Assembly (NCBI GenBank): GCA_963828195.1
Contig: CAWHDT010000001.1
Location: forward strand, 224,001-288,000
Length of the DNA: 64,000 bases
Reading direction: 5' to 3'
Source: Candidatus Bathyarchaeota archaeon
Lineage (GTDB): Archaea; Thermoproteota; Bathyarchaeia; Bathyarchaeales; Bathycorpusculaceae
Below are positions 38,604 through 48,655 of this stretch, piece after piece. Both the position numbers and the translations under genes were made by a program. The first letter of the stretch is position 1, and each line of letters begins with the position of its first letter. The notes under the pieces were generated by a model. The model was not told where the DNA came from. It made no database searches and saw only the letters and a program-made list of their open reading frames with translations.

Positions 38604-39584
38604 CTAGTTGGCTTTAACCTGAATAGGCTTCTCCAGCCTGCTTAACAATACAACTCTGCTCTCTGGCGCTTCATTAAGAATCTTGTACCCCGTTTTCTCC
38701 GCCAGCTGCCTAGCGAAATCTTTAACTTCGCCGTGCATCGGCATGTTTTCAAAACCTAACCGAAGCGTAGAAAACCCGATATGCATGTACGCTTTTGCTT
38801 CAATGTACGTGGGATTGGTTTTTTCAACGATTTTAGCGTATTCTTCCACGTGGTTCATGTTGTGACCTTTAACCAGCGTCATGCGAACTACGGTGGGGCA
38901 ACGGAAACTCTGCAGCAAACCCAGCGTTTCGTTTAGTTTTGCCCAAGCGCCGGGGAACTGAGGACGGCAAACCTGTTTGTACACCTGCTCGTTTGGCGCG
39001 CACAGTGAAATGTAGAGTTGGGTGGGTTCTTGGCTTAGACTTGAAAGTTTAGCGGGAAAAGTGCCGTTGGAAACCAGAAACGTCGTCAAGCCCTTTTGGT
39101 GAAAGGTGCGAATTAACTCTCCGAGAGGCTCGTAAAGGGTTGGTTCACCAGTTAAACTTATGGCAACTTGTTTCGGAATCAGCGCCTCCTGGAATTTGCG
39201 CCAGTTCGTTTTTGGATTGCCTTTATATCCTGTCAAAATTTTTTCTTGAGCCTTAAAACATTCGTTAACAATTTCTTGTGGTTCATCTGTTTTCGGGATT
39301 TTCATCTCATCCCATGTAACCTGTAAGTCTCCGCTTTGGGCTCTCCAGCAAAACAGGCATTGTTGAGTGCAATAGTAGAGGGAAGGCGACATTTGGATGC
39401 AACGATGCGATTCTATCCCGTAAAACTTCTGCTTATAACAATGTCTATCGTTAACGATGGATTCGTAAAGCCACTTGCACCTCTTAACTGCCGAGTGAGC
39501 GCCGACCAAATGGTACTTCTGCTTCTTTAAAGCGCCTGAAAGCGTGGCTGCAGTGTTTTTTTCCAAGATTTCACCGAAATACAT
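38604..39584 (-). CDS. taw1: 4-demethylwyosine synthase TYW1/Taw1 (radical SAM)
   Basis: CYKQKFYGIESHRC, CxxxCxxC (CTQQCLFC), SLTGEP and EAKAYM motifs. Confidence 0.93.
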   Translation of the reverse strand: MYFGEILEKNTAATLSGALKKQKYHLVGAHSAVKRCKWLYESIVNDRHCYKQKFYGIESHRCIQMSPSLYYCTQQCLFCWRAQSGDLQVTWDEMKIPKTDEPQEIVNECFKAQEKILTGYKGNPKTNWRKFQEALIPKQVAISLTGEPTLYEPLGELIRTFHQKGLTTFLVSNGTFPAKLSSLSQEPTQLYISLCAPNEQVYKQVCRPQFPGAWAKLNETLGLLQSFRCPTVVRMTLVKGHNMNHVEEYAKIVEKTNPTYIEAKAYMHIGFSTLRLGFENMPMHGEVKDFARQLAEKTGYKILNEAPESRVVLLSRLEKPIQVKAN

Positions 39585-39776
39585 TCACTTTGAATCTTCT
39601 GTCCCTTAAAAATCTCGCTGATTAAAAGTAGCCTTCGCCTTTGAAAGAGGCTTTTTCAGTTTGCGTGGTTTATTTCGGGTTTTTTTGTTAATTATTAATG
39701 GCAAAGTTTAAAATCAACTCTTAATTATCTCATTGCATTAAGTCAATTATGACTATCTATCGGGGAGCAATGTAGT

Positions 39777-41909
39777 TTGAATCGAAAAATCGGAGCCTTT
39801 ACCATTTTGGTCTTAATGTTCTTAACTGTTGCGTTTACGCCCTTGGCAGCAGTGTTGGGTCAAAGTAGCAACAGCCTCGGCGTTGAAATTTTGCAGGTTG
39901 CTCCGATAAGCTCTTCAAGCATAGTTACCGGGCAAAGTCAATATAACGGCACTGCCGGGCAAGCATTTAATCTTGAAGGAACCATCTATAACTCCAACAG
40001 TTCTTACCAAGTATTAATTGGCAGCGATGTTGTTGCAAGCGGGACATCTTCAGGATATTTAGTTGACGCGAACTTCAGTGTACCTTACCTTTCAGCCGGA
40101 AGTTATGATATGACGCTTATAGACGTTGCACTTGGCGTTAACTCCACTGGAACTACTCCTGAATCATTCGAAGTGTTAACTGGCTACTACATAAGCGCTG
40201 TTCCTTCACAGGCACAGGAAGGAAGCAATATGGCAATAACAGTTACTGTAACCGGAGGAGCAGCAAGCACTGATTACGGTGCAGATGTCACTGTTGTGGA
40301 TCCATCAAACACAACGTATTCACAGACAGTGTCTATGGGAACAATCAACCAGGAGGGCGTCGCCACAGCGCAAGTCACCTACCCCGGCGCCAGCTTCCAA
40401 CCAAATGGCACCACTGATTATGCAGGCACATACAATATTTACTTTAACCAGTCTACTGGTCTGGCGCAAAACCAATTTACCGTTGGCTTTCTCGATTCAA
40501 CCACCTATCACAGGGGCGACACTGTAACGATTGGAGCGACAGGTTACCAAGCCAGTCAAACTGCAACGTTGACCATTACCAACTCAACCGGCGGCTTAGC
40601 TGCCCCCACTCAAACACGAACCGCTTCGGCTACGGGCATCATCAATTCGACATGGCTGGTTCCCCCAAACGCTGTAATTGGAACCTATACTGTAACAATT
40701 ACTCCTCAGGGAATTCAAAAAGTGGTACCAGACATAGAGAACTTTACGATTCCTGGGTATTCAGTTACGATCGAAACAGTAAACTTAGCTAACGAACTTG
40801 TCTCCCAAATACAAATTAACGCGTTAGATCAAGCAAGCGGAGTAACCTATAACGAAACTAGTGGATCAAATGGCGCCGCAACCTTTAATCTTGAATCAGG
40901 CATTTACCCGTTAACTGCGTTTTGGAACGGCGTTAACGTTGGGGCATCCTCCATAACTGTCACTGGAAACGCAACTTTTACTCTACAATGCCAATTAACT
41001 AACATCCAAATTATAGTTCAAAACGAAAACGGGTCTCCAATGCCTTTTGTGAATTTAGCCATCCTATATCAATATCAACCGAGCAACGGCGGTGCTTCTC
41101 AGTTGGGAAACGTCACGGGTCAAACATATACAAACGGAAGCTACACGTTAGCTTCGGCTCTAACAGGAATAACCTACACGATAAACGCTTCATTATACGG
41201 TCAAGTTTTCAACTCTGAAAACAACACATTTAGCAATATACCTGCGCAGCCAGTGTACCAAATAGTAATCACGTGCCCCAACGAAGCCTTGACCCTTAAT
41301 GTAGTCGGTTACAATCGAGCCCCAATCTCTGGTGCAAGCATAGACCTTGTTGAATTAACCAGCGGCTTATTCTATACTGCCACAACCGACAGCTCAGGGT
41401 CAGCTGCCAGCCAAGTTTCTTTCGGAATGTATAAGCTGCAAATTTATGAAGACAATATTATGATCAATGAAACAACCATCGCCGTCTTCGGTGCAACCCA
41501 GCAGGAAATAGTTTGCAGCCTCTACGGCATTCAGGTTTCAGTTTCAGTTATTGACTTTTTCGGTCAGCCAATCTCAAACGCTAACGTCACATTGAATGGT
41601 CCGTCAACAGAACGGCTTTCAGCCATGACTAACGGCGCTGGAACTGCAACTTTCAATAATGTTGTCGGCGGCAACATGCAAATAGTAGCGTTTCCTCAAG
41701 GAGCCCAAAGTAGCTATCAAGCGGTAACTCAAACAATCGATAATCCAATGACGGTTAAGATACAAATTGACAGATATTTTGTTCTCGGATCACTCTTGAT
41801 ACCAGTAAGTTCACTTATAGCCATAATCATAATAGTGATAGCCATAGTTCTCTTCGCAACCGTGGAAATTTACAGGCGACGAAAAGTTAAGCAATCACCT
41901 GAAAGCTAA
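39777..41909 (+). CDS. Secreted Ig/carboxypeptidase-regulatory-like repeat surface protein with C-terminal TM anchor
   Basis: Signal peptide, repeated P..A.V...T..NG...F motifs, many sequons, TM followed by RRRK. Confidence 0.75.
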   Translation: MNRKIGAFTILVLMFLTVAFTPLAAVLGQSSNSLGVEILQVAPISSSSIVTGQSQYNGTAGQAFNLEGTIYNSNSSYQVLIGSDVVASGTSSGYLVDANFSVPYLSAGSYDMTLIDVALGVNSTGTTPESFEVLTGYYISAVPSQAQEGSNMAITVTVTGGAASTDYGADVTVVDPSNTTYSQTVSMGTINQEGVATAQVTYPGASFQPNGTTDYAGTYNIYFNQSTGLAQNQFTVGFLDSTTYHRGDTVTIGATGYQASQTATLTITNSTGGLAAPTQTRTASATGIINSTWLVPPNAVIGTYTVTITPQGIQKVVPDIENFTIPGYSVTIETVNLANELVSQIQINALDQASGVTYNETSGSNGAATFNLESGIYPLTAFWNGVNVGASSITVTGNATFTLQCQLTNIQIIVQNENGSPMPFVNLAILYQYQPSNGGASQLGNVTGQTYTNGSYTLASALTGITYTINASLYGQVFNSENNTFSNIPAQPVYQIVITCPNEALTLNVVGYNRAPISGASIDLVELTSGLFYTATTDSSGSAASQVSFGMYKLQIYEDNIMINETTIAVFGATQQEIVCSLYGIQVSVSVIDFFGQPISNANVTLNGPSTERLSAMTNGAGTATFNNVVGGNMQIVAFPQGAQSSYQAVTQTIDNPMTVKIQIDRYFVLGSLLIPVSSLIAIIIIVIAIVLFATVEIYRRRKVKQSPES

Positions 41910-42015
41910 ATATCAGTTTCATCCCTGACTAGAAAAAAGTTTATATGGCTTCCAAATACCATTAAGAAGAACATAAAGACAAAACATCAAAAACTATTTT
42001 GATTTAACAATTGAG

Positions 42016-42315
42016 GTGTATCTGTTGGCTCAATCAAAAGCTTGTTCTCCAGCATGCTCTTCTTTTAAGTGTAGCCAAAACTCTGTTCTCTACAAACGAG
42101 ACTCCGTCTGGTGTAGGCAGACCGAAGAACCGTGTAATGTGGCAAACTGCACATATTCTATGTGCTTAAAAAGGCGGTTGTTGCCCCAAGGCGTATGCGG
42201 CGAAACCGTGCGACGCCAAACCGTTGAAAAAGACATTGATGACGGTCTTCCGGCTGATTCTATAAGACTTAGAGGAAAAGCTTTGCGCAAACTCGGAGAC
42301 AAAGAAATCTATTAA
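42016..42315 (+). CDS. Small Cys-rich hypothetical protein
   Basis: 99-aa ORF with 8 Cys; start may be TTG 42025. Confidence 0.65.
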   Translation: MYLLAQSKACSPACSSFKCSQNSVLYKRDSVWCRQTEEPCNVANCTYSMCLKRRLLPQGVCGETVRRQTVEKDIDDGLPADSIRLRGKALRKLGDKEIY

Positions 42316-42370
42316 TATAAACTAAAAACTAAAACTGAGTTACTCGTGCCAAAGTACGAGTATTCCCTTA

Positions 42371-42532
42371 TTATTTTGATTGTACACGTTTAACTACGGG
42401 AGGTTTAACTTTTTTCAGAATCCTGTAGCCGCAGATGATGCATTTGGTTTCTCCGCCTCGTAGTTCTAATTCCTCTGACGGCACTCTTGCCCCGCATCTC
42501 ATGCATTCATATACAATTCCTGACTTTTCCAT
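42371..42532 (-). CDS. rpoP: RNA polymerase subunit P (Rpo12), not in ORF track
   Basis: MEKSGIVYECMRCG...KCIICGYRILKKVKPPVVKRVQSK. Confidence 0.92.
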   Translation of the reverse strand: MEKSGIVYECMRCGARVPSEELELRGGETKCIICGYRILKKVKPPVVKRVQSK

Positions 42533-42611
42533 TAGAAACGCCTCTTCCTACAAAGAAAAGTATTTTGCTTTTAAACATTTCCAATATCTTGCTACTAATG
42601 AGGATACAAAC

Positions 42612-43478
42612 TTGCGAAAAAGACTTCGAAAAAAACTCTCAGCCACCCTATCTTCAGCAGAGTCAAACCTGATTTACAGCTCTTTTGACTTAATAGGCGA
42701 TATAGCAATAATTAAAGTGCCAACCGTCAATAGCATCGACGCCGAAAAAGTGGCAAACCAAATAATGGCTGTCCACAAGAGTGTGAAAACAGTTTTTACC
42801 CCAACTAGTCACATTTCGGGTGATTTCAGGGTTAGAAAACTAAGATTGATTGCAGGCGAAGACAAAACAAAAACCAAACATAAAGAGTCAGGCTGCGTTT
42901 TTGCGGTTGATGTCGGAAAATGTTATTTTTCACCTAGACTTTCCCATGAGCGATCACGAATTGCACGCTTGGTAGGGGACGGCGAAACGGTTGTTAACAT
43001 GTTTTCAGGCGTCGGCTGCTTTAGCATACTGATTGCTAAAACGGTCGGCAAAACCAAGGTGTTCTCGATTGATGTTAACCCAATCGCAGTTCAATTTATG
43101 GAGGAGAATGTTAGGGTCAACAGGGTTTACGGTAAAGTAGTTCCTTTGCTTGGCGACTCAAAAGACATTATTAATGCCCGACTGCAAGGTCAAGCTGACC
43201 GCGTCTTGATGCCCTTACCTGAAAAAGCCCTTGAATATCTGCCTTATGCGGTTTCAGCACTTAAGAAATCAGGCGGTTGGATCCACTACTATGATTTTCA
43301 ACATGCAGCAGGCGGCGAAAAACCCGTTGAAAAAACCAAGTTGAAGGTCGCCCAAAAACTTGACAGCCTCGGCGTGGGTTACGTTTTTTCATTTTCTCGT
43401 GTGGTTCGAAGCATAGGTCCTAATTGGTACCAAACTGTCCTCGATATACAGATCACTTATTTGCCAAGCAAGTTTTAA
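42612..43478 (+). CDS. Trm5/TYW2-family tRNA methyltransferase
   Basis: FDLIGDIAII, HKESGC.F..D....YFSPRL..ER and NMFSGVG motifs. TTG start chosen to avoid overlap with rpoP. Confidence 0.87.
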   Translation: MRKRLRKKLSATLSSAESNLIYSSFDLIGDIAIIKVPTVNSIDAEKVANQIMAVHKSVKTVFTPTSHISGDFRVRKLRLIAGEDKTKTKHKESGCVFAVDVGKCYFSPRLSHERSRIARLVGDGETVVNMFSGVGCFSILIAKTVGKTKVFSIDVNPIAVQFMEENVRVNRVYGKVVPLLGDSKDIINARLQGQADRVLMPLPEKALEYLPYAVSALKKSGGWIHYYDFQHAAGGEKPVEKTKLKVAQKLDSLGVGYVFSFSRVVRSIGPNWYQTVLDIQITYLPSKF

Positions 43479-43515
43479 GTATCTTAACGGTTAATTATCT
43501 ATTTTGTGAGGAAAA

Positions 43516-43794
43516 ATGAAGCGAAAATTAATGGAAATCTTGGCTTGCCCCATAGATAAGTATCATCCACTTGAACTTCACGTTTTCGAAGAAAAAGACG
43601 AAATAGTGGAAGGCTTAATTGTTTGCCCCAAATGTTTACGCTGGTACCCTATACGCGACGAAATTCCAGAAATGTTGCCTGATGAGTTAAGAAAGGAATC
43701 TGAAGATCTGCCTTTCTTGAAGAAATGGAAGGAAAAAGTTCCTGAAAAAATTGTTGCTGAAGGAAAACCCTTCAACCTGAAGCCGCAAGCCTAG
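43516..43794 (+). CDS. Trm112-family methyltransferase activator
   Basis: LMEILACP.DK..PL and EG.IVCP.C.RWYPI.DEIPEML motifs. Confidence 0.9.
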   Translation: MKRKLMEILACPIDKYHPLELHVFEEKDEIVEGLIVCPKCLRWYPIRDEIPEMLPDELRKESEDLPFLKKWKEKVPEKIVAEGKPFNLKPQA

Positions 43795-44741
43795 TTTTTT
43801 AGGTTTACAGCCAAATTTTTAGCTGACGACTGCGTAGCCGCTTCAGCTATCTGCAATGCTTTTATGCCGTCAACTCCTGTTATCAACGGTTTCTTCTTCT
43901 CTGTTACGCACTGCGCGAAGTGGTCAAGTTCGACCTTCAATGGTTCCACGCTGGGCTGTCTCGGCTGCACCGTCTGCGTTTGCTGTTCAATCCATAATTC
44001 CTGCGTGATATAATCTAGTTTCATTATGCCTTCAATGCCCGTTACCGTTAGCAATCTTGTTTTGTAGGGAGTTAGCCAGTTGGATTCAATAAAAGCGCTC
44101 TCGCCGTTTTCGTAAGTTAACATAATATGTGCGTAATCCTCAAATTTTTTGATGCGGCGACTGCCCATTTTAGCGTATACGGTTACTGGGTCTTGGCGCG
44201 AAATAAACCGCATAACATCAATGTCGTGAATAGCCGAGTCTTTGACAACTCCAACGTCGCCTATTCGCTCAGGCCATGGATTAACACGTTTTGAAGTAGC
44301 GCAAACCAAGTCGCCGACTTGCTTCTTTTCTATTGCGTCGCGAATAAACTGAACTCCCGGAATAAACCGCGTCAAAAAACCCACAGTTAAATGCAGCCCG
44401 TTCTGTTTGGCAAGTTCATAGAGTTCTTGCGCTTGCTTAGAGTTCGTAGCCATAGGTTTTTCGACAAGCACATGTTTGCCCGCGTTAAGCGCTTTTAAGG
44501 CTTCTTCCGCTAAGAAAGTTGACCACGTGCAAACGCTTACCGCTTGAATATCCTTGTCCTTGAGCATTTGCGTGCTATCAGTGTACGCTTTAACGCAAAA
44601 TTGCTGAGCAACTGCATTTGCTTTTTCAGGGTTAACATCGCAGACGGCAACCAGTTCGGTTGAGGGCAGTTCCTTGTAGATTCTAGCATGGTTTTTTCCC
44701 CAAAAACCTGTGCCAATCACCGCTACTCCAAGTTTCTTCAT
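43791..44741 (-). CDS. Gfo/Idh/MocA oxidoreductase (nucleotide-sugar 3-dehydrogenase-like)
   Basis: GTGFWG, VEKP and DVGVVKDSAIHDID motifs. Confidence 0.88.
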   Translation of the reverse strand: MKKLGVAVIGTGFWGKNHARIYKELPSTELVAVCDVNPEKANAVAQQFCVKAYTDSTQMLKDKDIQAVSVCTWSTFLAEEALKALNAGKHVLVEKPMATNSKQAQELYELAKQNGLHLTVGFLTRFIPGVQFIRDAIEKKQVGDLVCATSKRVNPWPERIGDVGVVKDSAIHDIDVMRFISRQDPVTVYAKMGSRRIKKFEDYAHIMLTYENGESAFIESNWLTPYKTRLLTVTGIEGIMKLDYITQELWIEQQTQTVQPRQPSVEPLKVELDHFAQCVTEKKKPLITGVDGIKALQIAEAATQSSAKNLAVNLKN

Positions 44742-44743
44742 AT

Positions 44744-46078
44744 TTATCCGTTTCCTCTTCCTAATCCACGGTATATGAAGCCTTCCCTTTCAACTTCTTT
44801 CGGGTCAAAGGCACCTGCCAAATCCACAATTACTGAAGGTGTCTTCGTCAATGGTTTAAGTTTACGCAGGTTTAAATGTTTAAACTGTTCCTCTCCGGTT
44901 AGCACCACTATGCAGTCTGCGCCTTCCAATGCCTCATTCAAGCTTGTCTTCACAATTCCGGAATCTGCTGTGTCTCTTTTTGACGCTGGGTCATAGAGGC
45001 TCGCTTTAGCGCCCTTCAACTCCAGCATTTTTACAAAAACGACTGTAGCAGTGCTTGGATTAACTGTACCTAAAACAGCAATCCTTGCTCTTCTCAACGT
45101 TTTGCCGCAGCTCCGCAGAGCATCTTGGGTTAAATTTACTGCGTGTTTAACCATATCCTCGTTTATTTGCCTAGCCAACGTTGGGAGCCTGAGTTTAACA
45201 TTCAAGTTTTCCGCGCTTTCAAGCAGAAGATAAGCCACGTTTTTGTTCTCTTCCCCAACGGTTGTGGGCCAAAAACTCGGGTCTTTAAACTCCAACAATT
45301 TTAAAACTTCAAAGTAGTCAATGTTTGCGCTTTCACAGAAAACTGCCAACTCACTTGCTAACGCCGTATTCGCCTCCTGTTTTGCCGCCTTAAACAGCGC
45401 CGCTATTTCCGCTGTTTTAACGTCGTTTATTTGTTTAACGTTTGAGGCTATAGTTTTTATGACGTTTAATGCGGCATCTTGGTCGGGTTTACCGATTGAA
45501 GCAGCCTTCAACTCCAAATTGGCTAATGTCTCAACTGGCTTAACACCTAAGTTATGAATCGGAATGTATGCTAAAGCGAAATCCTGACCTACCTTTAGCC
45601 CCGAGGTGTTCTCCAATGTTTCTTTCATTATTCCTTCAGTAAAACCCAAACCCGCAACATCACCATAAATAACCAAAGTGCCCGAATGGAGTGCAGAGCC
45701 CACTTGCTTACAAGCGTTTAAAGTTTCTGAATGATCAATTTTTTTCTTGTCATCAACCTTTGCCGGGACAGTTATGATAATGATATCGCTTCGGGAAACG
45801 GTTTTTTTAAACTCGCTCGTAACGTCCAATTGACCTGTGTTGATTAAGCCTTTCAGTTTACTTTCCATCTCTTGCTCAGAAAAGGACGTTTTTCCTTTTG
45901 CCAATTTTTTTATTAAACTCGGGTCAGAATCTAAGCAGGCAACTTTAAAGCCGGCGTCAGCAAAGGCGAAAGCATAGAGGATTCCTTTTTGTCCGCATCC
46001 GACAACGCTAACAATGTACTTTGACCTTTTTTCTTTTGTATCAATTTCTTCTGGTTTCAGGTTTAGAACGTTGGGCAT
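44744..46078 (-). CDS. UDP-glucose/GDP-mannose dehydrogenase-family protein, apparently degenerate active site
   Basis: Three-domain layout (GCGQKG; LE..SGL..GQDF; ARQINE.M; YDP; GFIYRGLG) but without the usual AExxK and GGxC motifs. Confidence 0.75.
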   Translation of the reverse strand: MPNVLNLKPEEIDTKEKRSKYIVSVVGCGQKGILYAFAFADAGFKVACLDSDPSLIKKLAKGKTSFSEQEMESKLKGLINTGQLDVTSEFKKTVSRSDIIIITVPAKVDDKKKIDHSETLNACKQVGSALHSGTLVIYGDVAGLGFTEGIMKETLENTSGLKVGQDFALAYIPIHNLGVKPVETLANLELKAASIGKPDQDAALNVIKTIASNVKQINDVKTAEIAALFKAAKQEANTALASELAVFCESANIDYFEVLKLLEFKDPSFWPTTVGEENKNVAYLLLESAENLNVKLRLPTLARQINEDMVKHAVNLTQDALRSCGKTLRRARIAVLGTVNPSTATVVFVKMLELKGAKASLYDPASKRDTADSGIVKTSLNEALEGADCIVVLTGEEQFKHLNLRKLKPLTKTPSVIVDLAGAFDPKEVEREGFIYRGLGRGNG

Positions 46079-46110
46079 TCGCAGGTTTTCTCCAAAGCGC
46101 AATAGGTTTG

Positions 46111-47478
46111 TTATATGGTTTCAAGGATTTTTTTAAGCCGTGAACTGTAGTCCGCAACTAGCTTTAATGCTTTTTCTTGGTCTTTCGCTTCAGCATATAA
46201 CCTAAACACGGGTTCTGTGCCGCTTGGTCTAATCAGGATGGCGCTGTTGTCGCTAAACCAAACTTTTACGCCATCAATTGTGCTGATATTTTCGTTTTTT
46301 ACCTGCTCATACAGTTTTTGCATCAACAGTTCCTTTTTATCGTTTGGGCAATCAATTTTTCCTTTTTCGATAAAGTATTGCGGTTGTTCAGCCACAAGCA
46401 TGGAAAGTTTTTTTCCCGTTTCAGCCATGGTATTCAATATTAGAGCGGTTGTCATCGTTCCATCCCGAACTGCCTGATGCGGACCATAGAAAATTCCGCC
46501 GTTTTCTTCCCCGCCCAGTTTGGCATCTAATTCTTTCATTTTCTGAGAAACTGTGACACTTCCAACTTTAGTCCAGACAAGCTCTCCCTTGTAAGCCTCT
46601 ACTGTATCTTTGATTAAAGTTGAAGAACTTACAGGCGTTACTATTGTGGCACCGGGGTTTTTGGTCAAGTACTGTTTTATTATTACCGCGAAGGTTTTGT
46701 CTCCCCAGTAAATCACGCCGTTCTCATCAACGAAAATGGACCTGTCAGCGTCCCCATCAAACGCCACGCCTAAGTCAGCTCCAAGCGCCTTAACAGTTAA
46801 AGCTAAATCATTAAGGTCCTCAGGTCTGGGTTCGGGTAAACGTCCTGGGAAAGTGCCGTCAATGTTTGCGTTGATAGTAGTTATTTTGCAGTCAAGATCC
46901 CGCAACATCGGCGGCGCCGTGAGACCTCCAACGCTATTAGCTGCGTCCACCACGACATGAAAGCGTTTTTCGGCGATTTTTTGAGAGTTAACTTGTTTTT
47001 TTATTGCTTCAACGTATTCATCGTTGATTCCAGTCAGTTCCCGCAGTGTTCCAAGATTATTCCATTCTGCCAAAACTGCTTTGTTTTCAAAATAAATCTT
47101 CTCTATTTCAGCTTCCTGCTCATGAGATGTTTCGATGCCGTCGCTCCAAATCACTTTTATGCCGTTGTACTGAGGCGGATTATGCGACGCAGTAATTATT
47201 ACTCCTCCATCCATCTTGTGATTTTTAACGGCGAACTGAAGTGCGGGCGTTGGAGCCATCCCGCCGAAAAACACGTGGCACCCAGCAGCTGTTAAACCCG
47301 AAATTACCGCTTTAGCAAACATTGGTCCACTGGTTCTAGCATCATATCCTAATAGCAAATTTTTTCTTCCAAAAAAAGTTCCGATTGCACAGCCAACTTT
47401 TACAGCCATTTCAGGCGTCAACTCTACGTTGACTAAACCTCTAATTCCGTTTGTTCCAAAAAGCTTTTGTTCGCTCAT
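46111..47478 (-). CDS. glmM: Phosphoglucosamine mutase / phosphomannomutase
   Basis: LFGTNGIRG, TASHNP, FDGDADR, GGEENGG and IRPSGTEP motifs. Confidence 0.88.
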   Translation of the reverse strand: MSEQKLFGTNGIRGLVNVELTPEMAVKVGCAIGTFFGRKNLLLGYDARTSGPMFAKAVISGLTAAGCHVFFGGMAPTPALQFAVKNHKMDGGVIITASHNPPQYNGIKVIWSDGIETSHEQEAEIEKIYFENKAVLAEWNNLGTLRELTGINDEYVEAIKKQVNSQKIAEKRFHVVVDAANSVGGLTAPPMLRDLDCKITTINANIDGTFPGRLPEPRPEDLNDLALTVKALGADLGVAFDGDADRSIFVDENGVIYWGDKTFAVIIKQYLTKNPGATIVTPVSSSTLIKDTVEAYKGELVWTKVGSVTVSQKMKELDAKLGGEENGGIFYGPHQAVRDGTMTTALILNTMAETGKKLSMLVAEQPQYFIEKGKIDCPNDKKELLMQKLYEQVKNENISTIDGVKVWFSDNSAILIRPSGTEPVFRLYAEAKDQEKALKLVADYSSRLKKILETI

Positions 47479-47501
47479 AAATTTTGCCTCTTGCTGATTA
47501 T

Positions 47502-48593
47502 CTAACAGTGAATCTTGGGTTTTAAAACGTTTTCAGCCACTTCTTTACCTGGGCAAACCTTACCTGAAAGTTCTAGTTTATCCCTAACTTTTACGTGGTC
47601 CCCGATAATACAGCCGCCGCTGATTTTCACCTGTTTTCCGATACGGGCTCCTTCTCCAATTATCGCTCCATCTATGGAGGCGAAGTCCTCAATCCTCACA
47701 CTGGGAAAAACAACTGAGTTGCTAACACACGCGTTTTTGCCCACCGTTACATCTTTTCCCAAAATCGCATATGGACCAATAACAGAGTTGTCACCTAAGA
47801 TTACTCCTTTGTCAAATGCAACGGGGTCTTTGATTTCTAAATTCTTTGTTTTTTTATGTTTCAACGTGTTGCTTAAGGAATCAAGTATTATTTTGTTTGT
47901 TTCCAAATATTCTTCCGGTTTGCCTATATCCATCCATAATCCGCTGACGAAGTGACCGTAGAGTCTTCCTTCTTCGGCCAGTTTGGGGAAAACCTCACGT
48001 TCCATGGAAACTGATCTTCCACGGGGAATATAATCGAAGACTTTGGGGCTTAGAACGTAGACTCCTGCGTTTATGAGGTTGCTGGGCGCTTTATCCTTTG
48101 GAGGCTTTTCAATGAACCTTTTTATGCAGTTGCCATTCACTATTTCCGCTACACCGTATCTGTAGGGATCTTCAACTTTGCAAAGCGCAATTGTTGCTAA
48201 CGCCTTATTTTTAATGTGCGCCTCCAGAAGTTCTCTGTAGCTTAAATCCGCAAAAATGTCCCCGTTTAAAACAATAAACGGCTCATCGTGGCCTAAGAAT
48301 TTCTCAGCTTTTTTTACGGGCCCCGCCGTTCCCAACGGCATTTTTGGGGGGTCAATTGAAAACTTTATTTTTAACCCATGCCTATGCAGACGCTGCTGTT
48401 TGATATAAAATTGCGTCAACGCATTAACAGCCAGTATAGCTTCTTCAACACCGCTGGAAGATAATCTTTCAAAAATCCATTCAAGTAATGGCTTGTTAAC
48501 TATTGGGAAAAGAGTTTTGGGCCTAGAGCAACTTAATGGTCGAAGCCTTGTTGCGAAGCCGCCTGCTAAGATCAACGCTTTCAGGGTTGTCAC
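47502..48593 (-). CDS. NDP-sugar pyrophosphorylase (mannose-1-phosphate guanylyltransferase-like)
   Basis: LAGGFATRLRPL..PK, LGTAG, FIEKP and WMDIG motifs; hexapeptide-repeat C-terminus. Confidence 0.88.
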   Translation of the reverse strand: MTTLKALILAGGFATRLRPLSCSRPKTLFPIVNKPLLEWIFERLSSSGVEEAILAVNALTQFYIKQQRLHRHGLKIKFSIDPPKMPLGTAGPVKKAEKFLGHDEPFIVLNGDIFADLSYRELLEAHIKNKALATIALCKVEDPYRYGVAEIVNGNCIKRFIEKPPKDKAPSNLINAGVYVLSPKVFDYIPRGRSVSMEREVFPKLAEEGRLYGHFVSGLWMDIGKPEEYLETNKIILDSLSNTLKHKKTKNLEIKDPVAFDKGVILGDNSVIGPYAILGKDVTVGKNACVSNSVVFPSVRIEDFASIDGAIIGEGARIGKQVKISGGCIIGDHVKVRDKLELSGKVCPGKEVAENVLKPKIHC

Positions 48594-48655
48594 CTTTATT
48601 GAGAAGTAACGTATGAGTTGATTTTATATAAAGAATTATGGAGTTTTTCGGCGCT

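Noticed and set aside
42435-42611. N-terminal extension of the Trm5-like ORF
   Set aside because: It overlaps the real rpoP gene on the opposite strand; TTG 42612 is the more plausible start.
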